Assembly: GCF_006345805.1 (NCBI RefSeq)
Contig: NC_043003.1
Span: forward strand, 8,742,001 to 8,806,000
Direction: 5' to 3'
From: Octopus sinensis
Lineage: Eukaryota
DNA length: 64,000 nt
The position numbers were made by a program, and so were the translations under genes. A model generated the notes under the pieces. That model had not been told where the DNA came from. It searched no databases and saw nothing but the letters and a program-made list of their open reading frames with translations. Of the stretch, positions 26,281 to 37,984 are shown one piece after another. The number at the start of each line of letters is the position of its first letter. The first letter of the stretch is position 1.

Positions 26281-26949
26281 ACGATGGCGACGGGCTTCTT
26301 TCAGTTTCTGTCCACCAAATCCACTCACAAAGCTTTGGTAGACCCGAGGCTATAGTAGAAGACACTTGTCTAAGGTGCCACTCACTCAGTGGGATTGAAC
26401 CCAGAGCCACGTGGTTGGGAAGCAAGCTTCTTACCGCACAGGCACTCCTGCACTTAAAATTCAAGATTTTTCATTCGTTGAAGAAGACTGAGCCTAATGT
26501 AGACCAAATGCACATAAAGAGATGTAATGGTCACGGCTGGAGAATCTTTGATCCTATATCCACTCAATTAGAGCCCACCTGGTACAAAACATCAACAAAC
26601 CTCCTCTACTAAAAATTTTACGCGTTTGAGGAAAATATCGAACCACACAAAGAATGTAAACAGAGATAAAAAAAGACAGCTTCTGACACGGCGGAAAATT
26701 TAATAAAACCTTTATATTTCGGGCTCAAAATCCCATCTTCACAAGAAAAGAACAGTCTAAGAAAAGTCCAGATATGTAGGATCCGTTAATCCATTCAAAC
26801 TCTCCAGCGTTTATGTAACAGCAGCAGGATCTTTCCAAACGTAGGTGTAATCGACGTCCCACGCATTGGTGTAAACAGACTACAAACAACCAGCTGTTGC
26901 TATAAGCTACTCATCATTTGTAATATGACGGCGTAATATTAGTAGTTGA

Positions 26950-27480
26950 AGTGGCGGTCGCCCTTTAGTGCTTCCGGCTCTCCGAGTATTGATGTAAACA
27001 AATCTCGGCTGCTATTGTAGGCCATTCTCCATCTGTTGTGTCCTGCCATGGGAGCCACCAGCTCAACTCCGATCAACTCTTAATTTTCGGGTTGAAGCAG
27101 TGGATCAGCAGAGCCTCTTTTACAAGTAGATTGCCGGTGTTATTCTCACTATAGAGGCGTCTATCTTCTTGGGGTTATTCTCAGTATAAAGGCGTCTATC
27201 TTCTTGATGTTGTTCTCAGTATAAAGGCGTCTATCTTCTTGGTGTTTTTCTCTGTATAGAGGCGTCTGTCTTCTTGGTGGTGTTGCCACATCTGGTCAGG
27301 TGTTTGCGGAAGAGGGAAGCATTTTAGATTCTTCGATATTACAATGCTTCAAGCGAACAACAACACTCCGTTCGAATCATACAGTTTGGGATGCACGCAG
27401 AAGGAAGTGTTTACCGTGTATCTACTCATTCAGGACTCACTTCGAATAAAACCTCAACTCCTTTATGCTAAAACCTCAAG
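26950..27480 (-). pseudogene. Penelope-like GIY-YIG endonuclease C-terminal relic
   Basis: Minus-strand translation gives NASLFRKHLTRCGNTTKKTDASI ... LLVKEALLIHCFNPKIK, matching the H...KEALLI...P.IN motif of Penelope endonucleases; frameshifted. Confidence 0.65.
27136..27275. repeat. Minisatellite, 4 x 35 bp
   Basis: Unit GGTGTTATTCTCACTATAGAGGCGTCTATCTTCTT starting at 27136, 27171, 27206 and 27241. Confidence 0.92.
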
Positions 27481-28352
27481 CGTATGAAGCGATGATCACC
27501 GTCGGAACACATTTGATCATATGTTTACTCAATGAGGCCTTACCAAGGACTAAACTGCCATAAACATCCACAGCTTCCCACGACTGAAATATTTCTGCGG
27601 TTCAGGAAAGACTTTGAATAATATAGTCATATTTGCACAAAGAGGTGAATGCCACGACTGGAAGTGACTTTGCTCATTGTCTGCTGGTTTAGTACTGACC
27701 TGAAATTAAATTTATAATAATAACTTTGCTTTCATACAGGATCGGCCGGTTGATTGCCCACTTTAGAGTCATGATTTTATATCCTGGTATGTTTATGCAA
27801 TGGCTTCTTGTTCTCTCACAGCTGTCACACTGCTGCAATTTTCGTGACGAAGATTACAAAAGCCAGCAGTATATAAACAATCTCTATGGCAGGAAACTGC
27901 TGTAGAGCAACGGTAAATAGGCGCGAAATGTTGTTGACAAGTGTCTTGTTAGCGTCTGGCGGGTGGCACCTTGTTCCAGATTTCGTCCTTCAAACTGTCA
28001 ACGTAGCACGAGTGATTTTTTTTCCAATCAAGAAGCATACTAAGATTTAGGGACTCTCGTTCCCTTCTGTCTCATTTCCTCCCCTTCCATTCCATCAAAT
28101 ACATTGCTCATGCCACGCCCTCACGTTTGTTGTTCTTTTCTTTTTCTCTGATTTTGTTTTAATTGACTATATATATATATACGCACTCACCTCTTTATAT
28201 TGTATATGACAAAGCAAAATTACGTAGTATGTAAGTAAAAGTGTATTATATATATATATATATAATATTATATATATATAATATATAATATATATATTCC
28301 GGTCTCTCTTGAGCGCTACGGGTAACATGTAACCTAGTACAACCTGTTGGAT

Positions 28353-28490
28353 GTCGGGTCGTCGGCGACTAAACTGGCAACCCCACCGAGCTTGGTTGGT
28401 TGGTGAGGAGGATCATTGCTGGACACCCTGCGGAACGAAATATAAGATCCGTCAAAAGGACAAAAGAACTCATGAGTAGTCAACGGCCAT
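28353..28490 (+). ncRNA. Unclassified structured RNA-like motif (homologue at 57582-57713)
   Basis: 14-nt identical 5' block plus about two-thirds identity over the 3' ~68 columns, with compensatory pairs; see findings. Confidence 0.55.
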
Positions 28491-28571
28491 CCAACATTAT
28501 GTGCATATGTATATATTGATTTTATTTATATTTTATTTATATTTTAAATTTGATGTATTTAATTTCATACA

Positions 28572-31500
28572 TTGGGGGGAGATGGGGCTCCTTAACCGTG
28601 GTGAAGGCATCACGTCTAGGAGAGGGAAACTGATATAAAACCAGGTGTTTGATTACAGAGAGTCTCCTTAACAGGGCTGTACTATCTGCAAGCCCTGACA
28701 CGTAGGTTAGACTAGACTCTCCAGTTTGTTTGTAGTGGATTGTCTAGGAGATGGAAACCGCTGAAGAAAAAACCTAGGGTGTGTTGTTCTTGGTATTGTG
28801 GCACATATGTGCACCATATTCTTGCTACCATCACTTCCAAAATGTTGACTGGTTCTACACAAGCCTTCAACACTTGAATCAAATCATACGTATGGGTTTT
28901 CTGACAACTGACATTAATTCATTCAGTACTGCACAGGTCCAACTTTCAAAAACAAAAAGTCATCTGACGAGAGAGGGAAAGTGGCAGGGAAAGGTAAAAG
29001 GTATTACTGGAATCCTTTTGCTGGATCTCTATACAATCGGCGACCATTGGATGATGGCCGTTCCGACACAGAACTTGTGAGTAACTGCGTTGTCCGTGTC
29101 CTGCAGTGGTGAGAAAGCAGTTCTATTGAGACACAGCACTGTTTTCCCCAACAAAGCGAGGGGCGAGATAACGGAGCCCTAAACATTACTTACCTTAAAT
29201 TTGTTTGCCCGCAGTCAGTAACGCAGTCGAAAGATGAAGAATCTAAGAATATTAACCTTGGTTCTTGAAATGTGCGCATTCTCCAAGACAGCCACGCAGG
29301 ACAGAACGAAAAGCAGCACTGGTTGCTCTTGAACTAAAGAAATACAACACTGACATAGCTGCTCTCAGTGAAACTCGTCTTGCAGAATCATCACAGTTAG
29401 AAGAAAGTAAATGAGGATACGTATTTTTCTGGCGTGTAAGAAATGAGGACGAGCCGTGACACTCTGGTGTTGGTTTTGCCATCAAGACTGAAATAGCTAA
29501 ATTCCTTCTTTCTCTACTCAAAGGTATTTCTGATCGCATCATGACACTAACGTTGGAACTTGATCAAAACACTCGTGCTACGCTTGTCAGTTTCTATGCT
29601 CCAACCATGGTCAGCACTAAGTAGAAAAAGGATGAATTTTACAACCAACTCTGTGATGTCATCTCAAGTGGTCACCATAGGGATAAACTTATCCTTATGG
29701 GTAACTTCAACGGTTGTGTTGGTACTGACTATTAGGCATGGTGAAGGTCGAATGAACTCCAGAGGTCTGCGTGTACTTTCCATCTGCAGGGAATTCAGTC
29801 TAAGCATCACAAATACCTTTTTCCAACAGCGAGATTGTTGCTAGACGACCTGGTTGCATCCTAGATCTAAGGATTGATATCTCATAGTCTATGTTATCAC
29901 TAAGAACCGAGATATTAGGGACTTTAACATTACACGTTCCTTTCATAACAACCTGCTATCTCTCTGACCATTCTCTTCGTAGTAAGTCTACGTTCTATCT
30001 GAAACACACAAGACTGCAACAGTCATCAGTGCCTAAGCATATTAATGTTCTGCCTTTGAAAACTGCTGAAAAGCAGGCTGAGCTTCTCTATCAGGTTGGA
30101 CACTGCACTCAACACTGTTGATATCAGTGATGACATAGAATCATCTTGGAAGGCTCTGCATGATACAAGGCACTCTGCCCTTGCAAAAGTTTTAGGATTT
30201 CCTGTTTGTAAACATCAAGATTGGTTCATGATAACAATACAAATGTCCAGCTGTTGATAGATAAAATGCACAGCTCTCATAAAACATGGATAAATGATAA
30301 AAGCTTATCCAGAAGAGAGAATGCTCATAAGATATGCAGAGGCCAAGTCCAACGTACTCTGAGACATAAAGAAGGCTTGATGGTCATCCAAGGCTACTGA
30401 ACTGCATGAAGCTGCAAACAGGATTCTAAAGCCTTCTGTGATGTTCTTCAGGAAAGAGTTTGGTTATCAAGAGTATGGTGTTAATTCTATTTTTTCATCC
30501 ATTAGAAAGACACTGTTGACTGACAAATCTGACATCCTGAAACGATGGAAATATCACTTTGAAGCTGTGTTGAACTCCACTTCAATCACTAATACCAGAA
30601 TTGTGTTTGAAGCCAACCTTCCTGAAAGTGGTAAGCTCTTTTGATAAAGCACCTGGCAGGGATGCTGTCTCTCCTGAAATCTACAAACATGGTGGAGAGA
30701 AACATTCCATGAAATTGCATGACCTCTTTATAAATATTTGGATGGTAGACCGTGTACCACTGGACATCAAGGATGTCTCAATTCAACATCTTTATAAGAG
30801 CAAAGGAAACAGAAGTGTCTGTGATAATCATCGTGGGATATTGCTTCTGTCTATTGCTGGTAAGATTTTTGCTCGATTCATTTTTGACAGGATCATCAAA
30901 CACGTTGTAAAATGATATCTATCCAAAATCACAGTGCGGATTTCGCTCTGTTCATGGCACTTCCGACATGATCTTTTCCCTTGGTCAGGCCATAGAGAAG
31001 ATACGTGAGAAAAATCAAGAGTTGTTCTTGATATTCGTTGACCTTACTAAGACCTTCGACACTGTTAACCGGCAAGCATTATGGAAAGTTCTGAAAAAGC
31101 TTGGTATACCCGACAAGTTGTTGAATGTTATCTATTTTCATGATAGAACGAAGGCTACAGTCATGTCCGATAGGGAATCTTCAGCGTCCTTCGCTGTTAC
31201 AAACGGCACAAAGTAAGGTTGTGTTATGGCCCCTGTTTTGTTTGCACTGTTCTTTTCAGTGCTGCTGAGGAATGTTTTTGGTGCCATACATAGTGGTGTC
31301 AAATTCCAGTTTCGAACAGATGGTGGACTATTCAATCATCAGCGTTTCAAAGCCAGAACACTGCTACGCACCAGTATCTACTTTTAGCAGATGCTCGAGT
31401 GGTTTTCTGCTACATGTATGACTCAGAATTATGGATATCCTATAGACGACGCATTAGCCAACTAGACATCTTGCACAAAAGCTGTCTCAGGACAATTTGC

Positions 31501-32300
31501 GGTTATTCACGAAAAGACAGAGTTTCTAATGCTGGCCTGTTTAGCAAATGTAAGATAGGTGGAATCGAGAGCTTTGTTATGCAACGCAATTGCGTTGGGC
31601 TGGCCATGTCGTCGGAATGACTGACGAAAGAATACTCAAAGTTCTCATGTACGGCCAGAATGATTGTCGGTCATAGCTCAGATATAAGGAGAAGCGAGCT
31701 GGCAGAAACGTTAGCACGCCCGGGTGAAATGCTTAGTAGTATTTCGTCTGCCGTTACCCTCTGAGTTCAAATTCCGCCAAGGTCCACTATGCCTTTCATT
31801 CTTTCGGGGTCGATTAAATAAGTACCAGTTACGCACTGGGGTCGATGTAATCGACTTAATCCGTTTGTCTGTCCTTGTTTGTCCCCTCTATGTTTAGCCC
31901 CTTGTGGGCAATAAAGAAATAGGTATTTCGTCTGTCCTTGTTTGTTCCCTCTATGTTTAGCCCCATGTGGGCAATAAAGAAATACGATATAAGGGGAAGC
32001 TGATGAGGAACCTCTCGACAGTGAAGATAGCTCACAATACTTTCGAGGGAACGGCTTTGGAGCGAGCAAAATGGAGATCGTATTAAAAACTTTGTTGCAA
32101 CCAGCATTAACAGGCTTCGGGGTACAAGGCAAACGAGAGAAGCACCTGCAAATATATGACCTGCACTGACCTGTAACCCTCATTCATACTTGCAGCACGT
32201 GGGCGTCATTGCAAATCGTTGGCGGGACTTAAATGTCACATTCGACATAAGCATTATAACTGACAGGTGGTCAGAACCTCATATGTTTAAACCTACAAGA
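28572..32300 (+). mobile_element. RTE-clade LINE, near full length, decayed (APE endonuclease + RT + one C2H2 finger)
   Basis: From about 29240: LGSWNVR..DIAALSETRL..SGVGFAI..YAPT..LMGNFN (APE); KAPGRD..NHRGILLLSIAGKIF..QCGFR..FVDLTKTFDTVNR..GCVMAPVLF (RT). After the SINE at 31696-31985: ..GRHCKSLAGLKCHIRHKH. Many stops and frameshifts; YADD region deleted near 31380. Confidence 0.93.
31696..31985 (+). mobile_element. SINE family A inserted in the RTE
   Basis: 15-bp TSD GATATAAGG(A/G)GAAGC at 31681-31695 and 31986-32000. Confidence 0.9.
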
Positions 32301-32341
32301 GAATCCATTATATATATATATATATTATATATATATACATA

Positions 32342-32403
<62 letters not shown>

Positions 32404-33039
32404 ATATATATATATATATAATATATATGTATAAGGCAGGATGTGTGTGTGTGGTGTGTGTGGTGTGTGTGTATGTGTACGCGAATGTAATTGTTGCACG
32501 TCCACAAACTAGCACGCATCTCGCTCCAATTTTAGGAGGACGTTCGTCATGATCCTAGCTGTATTTTCGTTAATTTATTTTTCCCAGAGGCACCAGCGAA
32601 TAGCAGTAAAGATAGATTTTCAACCAAAATTTTTAACAATTTTCAAGTCGGAGAAATCACCATTGTTTGCAAACATGAGTTAAGTCCCCTTCTAGCGAAG
32701 AAAAAAAGTGTTTTGTTCATTTACGGGCAACATATTTTCAACCATGACTTTTACCAATTTCAATGAATTTTGTTCGAATTTGATGCCAGCATTACTTAGG
32801 TCTCATGGGATCTTTGAATGCTTTAAGTTCAAAAACGAAAAAAAAACAAGAACAAAACAAATTGATGAGTGGAAAGAATCGATAAACCGATTTCTTATGG
32901 AATTAACAAATCAAGTTGTCTGCAACTCATTTTCAGCCAAAAGTTTACCAGTTTCAACTAATTTCGCCCAAATTTGACGTCGATGTTACTTAGTTTGGTT
33001 TGAAATAAAGAACTTGATTAGCTTAATTATCCTAACTTC

Positions 33040-33069
33040 ATCCTGGGCAAAGCCCGGCTATACTGCTAG
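33040..33069 (+). mobile_element. Helitron-type 3' terminus
   Basis: CCTGGGCAAAGCCCGGCTATACTGCTAG^T resembles the other Helitron ends; 5' end not located. Confidence 0.5.
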
Positions 33070-33103
<34 letters not shown>

Positions 33104-33239
33104 ATATATATACATACAACACACACACACATGTGTGTATATATGTGTGTATATATACATATAAATACATACATACATATATATATACACATACATCTGC
33201 TACTCAGAGTTTCACGTTTTTTGTGATATTTTTACAACT

Positions 33240-33303
<64 letters not shown>

Positions 33304-33420
33304 TAATAATTACAATATATATAATAATAATAAAGCATATTACTCTGCGTCCGGTATTCGAGTACTATTTTTTCCACCTTCTTTCACATTTATGTTCTTA
33401 CTCTATTATATATATATAAT

Positions 33421-33485
<65 letters not shown>

Positions 33486-33523
33486 CATACATATATATAT
33501 ATGTATAATATATATATATATAC

Positions 33524-33558
<35 letters not shown>

Positions 33559-34048
33559 GAAGGAAAAGCGAAGGAGAGACTTTAAGACAGAGGGGCAGTA
33601 AGGGCTTTCGTTCCACCTGCCCCTGCTCCCTTCACTGTATTGACGTCATTATGGTATCTGGTTGGCTCCGATATAACCAAACGTTATTTCCGGTCGTAAG
33701 TTTTAAAGATGTGGAAACGCAATACAAATTACTCTTGGTTGTTCTCTCTTTCTCACTCACTCGCTCTGTCAGTCTGTCTCTCCAATCGTTCTTCTATCTC
33801 TCTTTCTCTCTTCCTCTTTCTCTCTCATTCTTTCTATCTACTGTCTTACGTGTGTATGTATACACTCCATATTCGTATATGTGTGTGTGTGTGAGAGAGA
33901 GTGTGTGTGTGAGAGAGTGTGTGTGTATGTATATATGTGTATGCTTGTATATACATATGTGTATATATATATATATATATATCTGTTTACGTATATATTT
34001 ATATATCTACATATACATATATATATATATATGCATATATATATATAT

Positions 34049-34104
<56 letters not shown>

Positions 34105-34211
34105 GTGTGTGTGTGTGGTTGTGTATGTGTACATATATATAATAATAATATTAGGGACTAAATCCAATTTACAGGGATTTGCCTAATAGTGGTTTTATCT
34201 CTAATTTAATA

Positions 34212-34745
34212 TAGAGAAGCTACACAAAGAAAATCGTCTCAATGCAAAATGTCAGCTACTGGGAAAGACTGAAGGTATTAAACCTCTTCTCCCTAGAGCG
34301 GAGGCGGGAGAGATATGCGGTGATATACATCTGGAAAATCCTGGAGGGTCTTGTCCCAAACTTTGGCATTCAAAGTTACCCCAACCGCAGAACGGGCGCC
34401 ACTGCATGGTGCCAGGATTCCAACATCACCATTAAAATACAGGTCCAGATACTGCAACAGCTTGGGTTTCAGAGACCACAGCTCTTTAACATCCTCCCTA
34501 AATGCCTGAGAGACTTACATGGTGTGGATGGGGTTTCTTTAAAACTAAACTGGATCTCTTCTTGTTGGGAAGTCCCAGATGAACCTACCTCACGACAGGA
34601 GACGCGGATCGGTCAGCAGCATCGAACTCCTTTGTTGATCAAGTGCCCGTATCAGAGGTGGATTCACAAATTAGTGTAGCTCATTCAGCGGTGGTGCCCC
34701 AGCATGGCCCGGCCTCGGGCTAAAACATTTTTAAGGATTTAAGGA
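34212..34745 (+). mobile_element. CR1/L2-group LINE 3' fragment
   Basis: SYWERLKVLNLFSLERRRERYAVIYIWKILEG and PQLFNILPKCLRDL motifs; frameshifted; short (TTTAAGGA) tail. Confidence 0.85.
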
Positions 34746-34771
34746 TATATATATATAATATATATATATAT

Positions 34772-34802
<31 letters not shown>

Positions 34803-35419
34803 ATAATATATATTTATATATATATATATATGTATACCTGCAAACAGCTAAAGTACTAATTAAAGTATGGGTACATACACATGTACTTCTATTTTCACAC
34901 ATGCACAAAACACACACACTCAGACACACACACACATCTGTGCGTGTGCTGAATGTAGTTGTATATCTGTGTGAGTATATATGTTTGTTTATGTATGTCG
35001 GTCGGAATGTGAGTCGTATCCCTGTGTGTTTGATACGCGGAATTCCGAAAATATCATGGAACAACCGTGGCCTTATATTAGTTTCAAGTTTTGGAATAAG
35101 GCCAGAAAGATTGACGGATTACATCGACACCAATGTCCAACTGGTCCCTATTATATCGACTCCGTAAGGACGATTTAGGTGGAATTTGAACTCAGAACAT
35201 ACTTTTCCCTGAGCCGGGCATGATTTGAGGAAGTAAAGTACATCAGTGTGGTGTGTGTGTGTGTGTGTGTGTGCGCGTGCTCTACAAGTATGTCACCAGG
35301 GCCTGGACTGATGTGAGCATCACACAGGTAAATAAAGGTGCAAGTATGATTTCATTTATAAGAACAGGCATGTAAAGCTTATCCCGAACAATAGAAATAT
35401 ATCAAGTCTTTCTGATGCT

Positions 35420-35740
35420 TCATTTTGGCCCTCCGTCGGTTACGGCGACGAGTGCTCCAGCTGATCCGATCAACGGAACAGCATGCTCGTGAAATTAACG
35501 TACAAGTGGCTGAGCACTCCGCAGACACACGTGACACTTAACGTAGTTCTCAGGGAGATTCAGCCTGACACAGAATGTGATAAGGCTGGCTCTTTGAATT
35601 ACAAATACAACTCACTTTTGGCAGGTGAGTGGATCGGAGCAACGTGAAATAAAATGTCTTGCTTCGTCGAGTATCGAACTCGTGACCTTATGGTCGTGAG
35701 CCGAAAACCCTAACAACTAAACCACGCGCCTTCACGTTGC
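35420..35740 (-). mobile_element. SINE family C2
   Basis: Tail GGTTACGGCGACGAG..GATCCGATCAACGGAACAGC and head ...CTAAACCACGCGCC on the forward strand. Confidence 0.8.
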
Positions 35741-35769
35741 TTGATTTAGAAGCTCAGCAACATCTTTGA

Positions 35770-36100
35770 ATCAATGCTGCCTGAATCACAATCTAAGTTG
35801 AGAAAGAACTGCCGTTTCTGCGATGTAGCTGGTTCCTATGTCCGCGACAGATCTGTTAAACCATCAAAGATCTGTTCGTTAAAGGAGTGAATGTCACAGT
35901 TGGATTTCAATGGACAATATCCTACTATAATTCATATCCATTGTGACTATTCGTATATAGATTTTATCGTCCTGTATACATATTATGAACATTCCTCAAT
36001 TGTCAAGTTTGACTCCGGAGAAAAATCGAGCGTGAATTTCGGGATTTCAAATAAGGATTCTTCAATAGACACAACTATTGGGAAGACGGAATTTCACAGG
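35770..36100 (-). pseudogene. Probable Helitron PIF1-like helicase relic
   Basis: Minus-strand translation FEIPKF..YVYRTIKSIYE..W..CPLKSNCDIHSFNEQIFDGL..FLNLDCDSG resembles the ILCP.N...IN..I....EFLNS..SG region of Helitron helicases; several stops. Confidence 0.4.
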
Positions 36101-36499
36101 TGATTGGTAGAACGTTACGGTATTAATTCAGAAAAGATGTCGACTTCATCTGTTTAACGTCATAAAGCCTGGGGGCTATGTAACGGTGTTTACAATCAAT
36201 TACGGTCTTACAAACATTTATTTTTGTTTGATCTCTGAAATAGAAACAATCTCTTTTTGATCAGTTTTGGGTATAATAACATAATGATGCTTCTAAAAGG
36301 AAGTCACTGGACTTGCTAGGGACAACAAGTTCTAACGCCGTAATGAGGTGAAGACATTTAATTCTTAATTCTTAAAACAGGCGCATTTTACGTACATACA
36401 TACATGCTTGTGTGTATGTATGTATGTATGTATGTATGTATGTATGAATGTATATAATTATATATAGAAGGGTAACTGAGTTAGAGGTTAAAAGTAACC

Positions 36500-36720
36500 A
36501 AAATATTGCCGTATATTACCTATATTTAAACATGGGCAAAAATACAGCTCTATATTTAAGAGATGAGGAATTAGGTACATTATTTACATTATTTACACTT
36601 GGTGGATATTTGTCCTCATTTTGTTTGTTGTTATCACAAAGTTTTGGCTGATATACCCTCCAGCCTTCATCAGGTGTCTTGGGGAAATTTCGAACATGGG
36701 TTCTCATTCCTAAGGAATTT
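36500..36720 (-). mobile_element. Penelope-like pseudo-LTR with decayed minimal hammerhead
   Basis: Minus strand: GACAC-CTGATGA-A-GGCTG(N10)CAGCC-AAAA-CTTT-GTGAT at 36633-36679; adjacent to (TAA)n. Confidence 0.7.
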
Positions 36721-36817
36721 TTCGCTGTTATTATTATTATTGTTATTATTATTATTATTATTACTATTATTATTATTATTATTATTATTATTGTTATTAT
36801 TATTATTGTTATTGTTA

Positions 36818-36854
<37 letters not shown>

Positions 36855-36869
36855 TAAATTAGACAAGGA

Positions 36870-37110
36870 TAAGCAAATGTTTCTCAGAAATCAAAATTTA
36901 AAGAAAACAGAGATAACATTTACGGAGATGTACTCGCATAGCAAGTAATTTGATCTGAGATCGTGTGCTGAAACGAAAACAATTGCAGCGTGGAAGGTGT
37001 TTGTAAGCCATTTAAGAAACACACAAAAGCCGTTCGATTCACTTCAACATTTAAGTTTAATTTGTCAAAATATTTTCGTCGCTAAAATCCGCGACCTGTT
37101 CACTGAAACA
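36870..37110 (-). mobile_element. Probable Penelope-like repeat with G3:C8 hammerhead-like motif
   Basis: Minus strand at 37063-37107: TCA-GTGAACA-G-GTCGC(N8)GCGAC-GAAA-ATATT-T-TGA. Confidence 0.55.
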
Positions 37111-37139
37111 ACAATTGACTTGCATCAATTATTATTTAT

Positions 37140-37672
37140 TAATCTTTTCCACTCTAGGCACAAGGCCCGAAATTTTGGGGGACGGGGACAGTCAATTTGA
37201 TCGACCCCAGTGCGTAACTGGTACTTACTTAATCGACTCCGAAAGGATGAAATACTTATTTCTTTACTACCCATAAGGGGCTAAACACAGAGGAGACAAA
37301 CAAGGACAGACAGACGAATTAAGTCGATTATATCGACCCCAGTGCGTAACTGGTACTTATTTAATCGACCCCGAAAGGATGAAAGGCAATGTCGACCTCA
37401 GCGGAATTTGAACTCAGAACTTAGCTGCAGACGAAATACCTATTTCTTTACTACCCACAAAGGGCTAAACACAGAGGAGACAAACAAGGACAGACAGATG
37501 AATGAAGTCGATTATATCGACTCCAGTGCGTAACTGGTACTTAATTTATCGACCCCAAAAGGATGAAAGGCAAAGTCGACCTCGGCGGAATTTGAACTCA
37601 GAACGTAGCGGCAGACGAAATACTGCTGAGCATTTCGCCCGGCGTGCTAACGATTCTGCCAGCTTGCCGCCT
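37140..37672 (-). mobile_element. SINE family A array
   Basis: Head at about 37672 on the minus strand, two A2 modules, A1 tail at about 37150. Confidence 0.88.
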
Positions 37673-37984
37673 TTTAATGCGTCCTCAAATATTGAGAAAG
37701 ACACCATATAGTTAAAGCTAACAAAAACAATTTATTAGTAGGGATTAAAATATAAAATTGATGGTTTGTGTACAGTTCTTATTAGAAAGGTACATAGCGG
37801 AAATCTTCAAGATTTGTGAAGAGCATTGATACCCCCATTTCGAGTTAAAGAATGGATTTTATAGCAATATTGGTGGGGTTAACTTGCGCACTGACACAGC
37901 TCGGGTGATACATAGAAGTTCAAGGAAATTAAAATATGATATAACCGCTATAGAAGAAAGCTAAATAATTTGCAGTGGGTCTTT

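Larger units (their letters stand above)
24215..26452 (-). mobile_element. SINE family B split at its internal microsatellite (3' half 24215-24477; 5' half about 26290-26452)
   Basis: The two halves are complementary parts of the consensus, in the same orientation, separated by ~1.8 kb of nested inserts. Confidence 0.65.
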
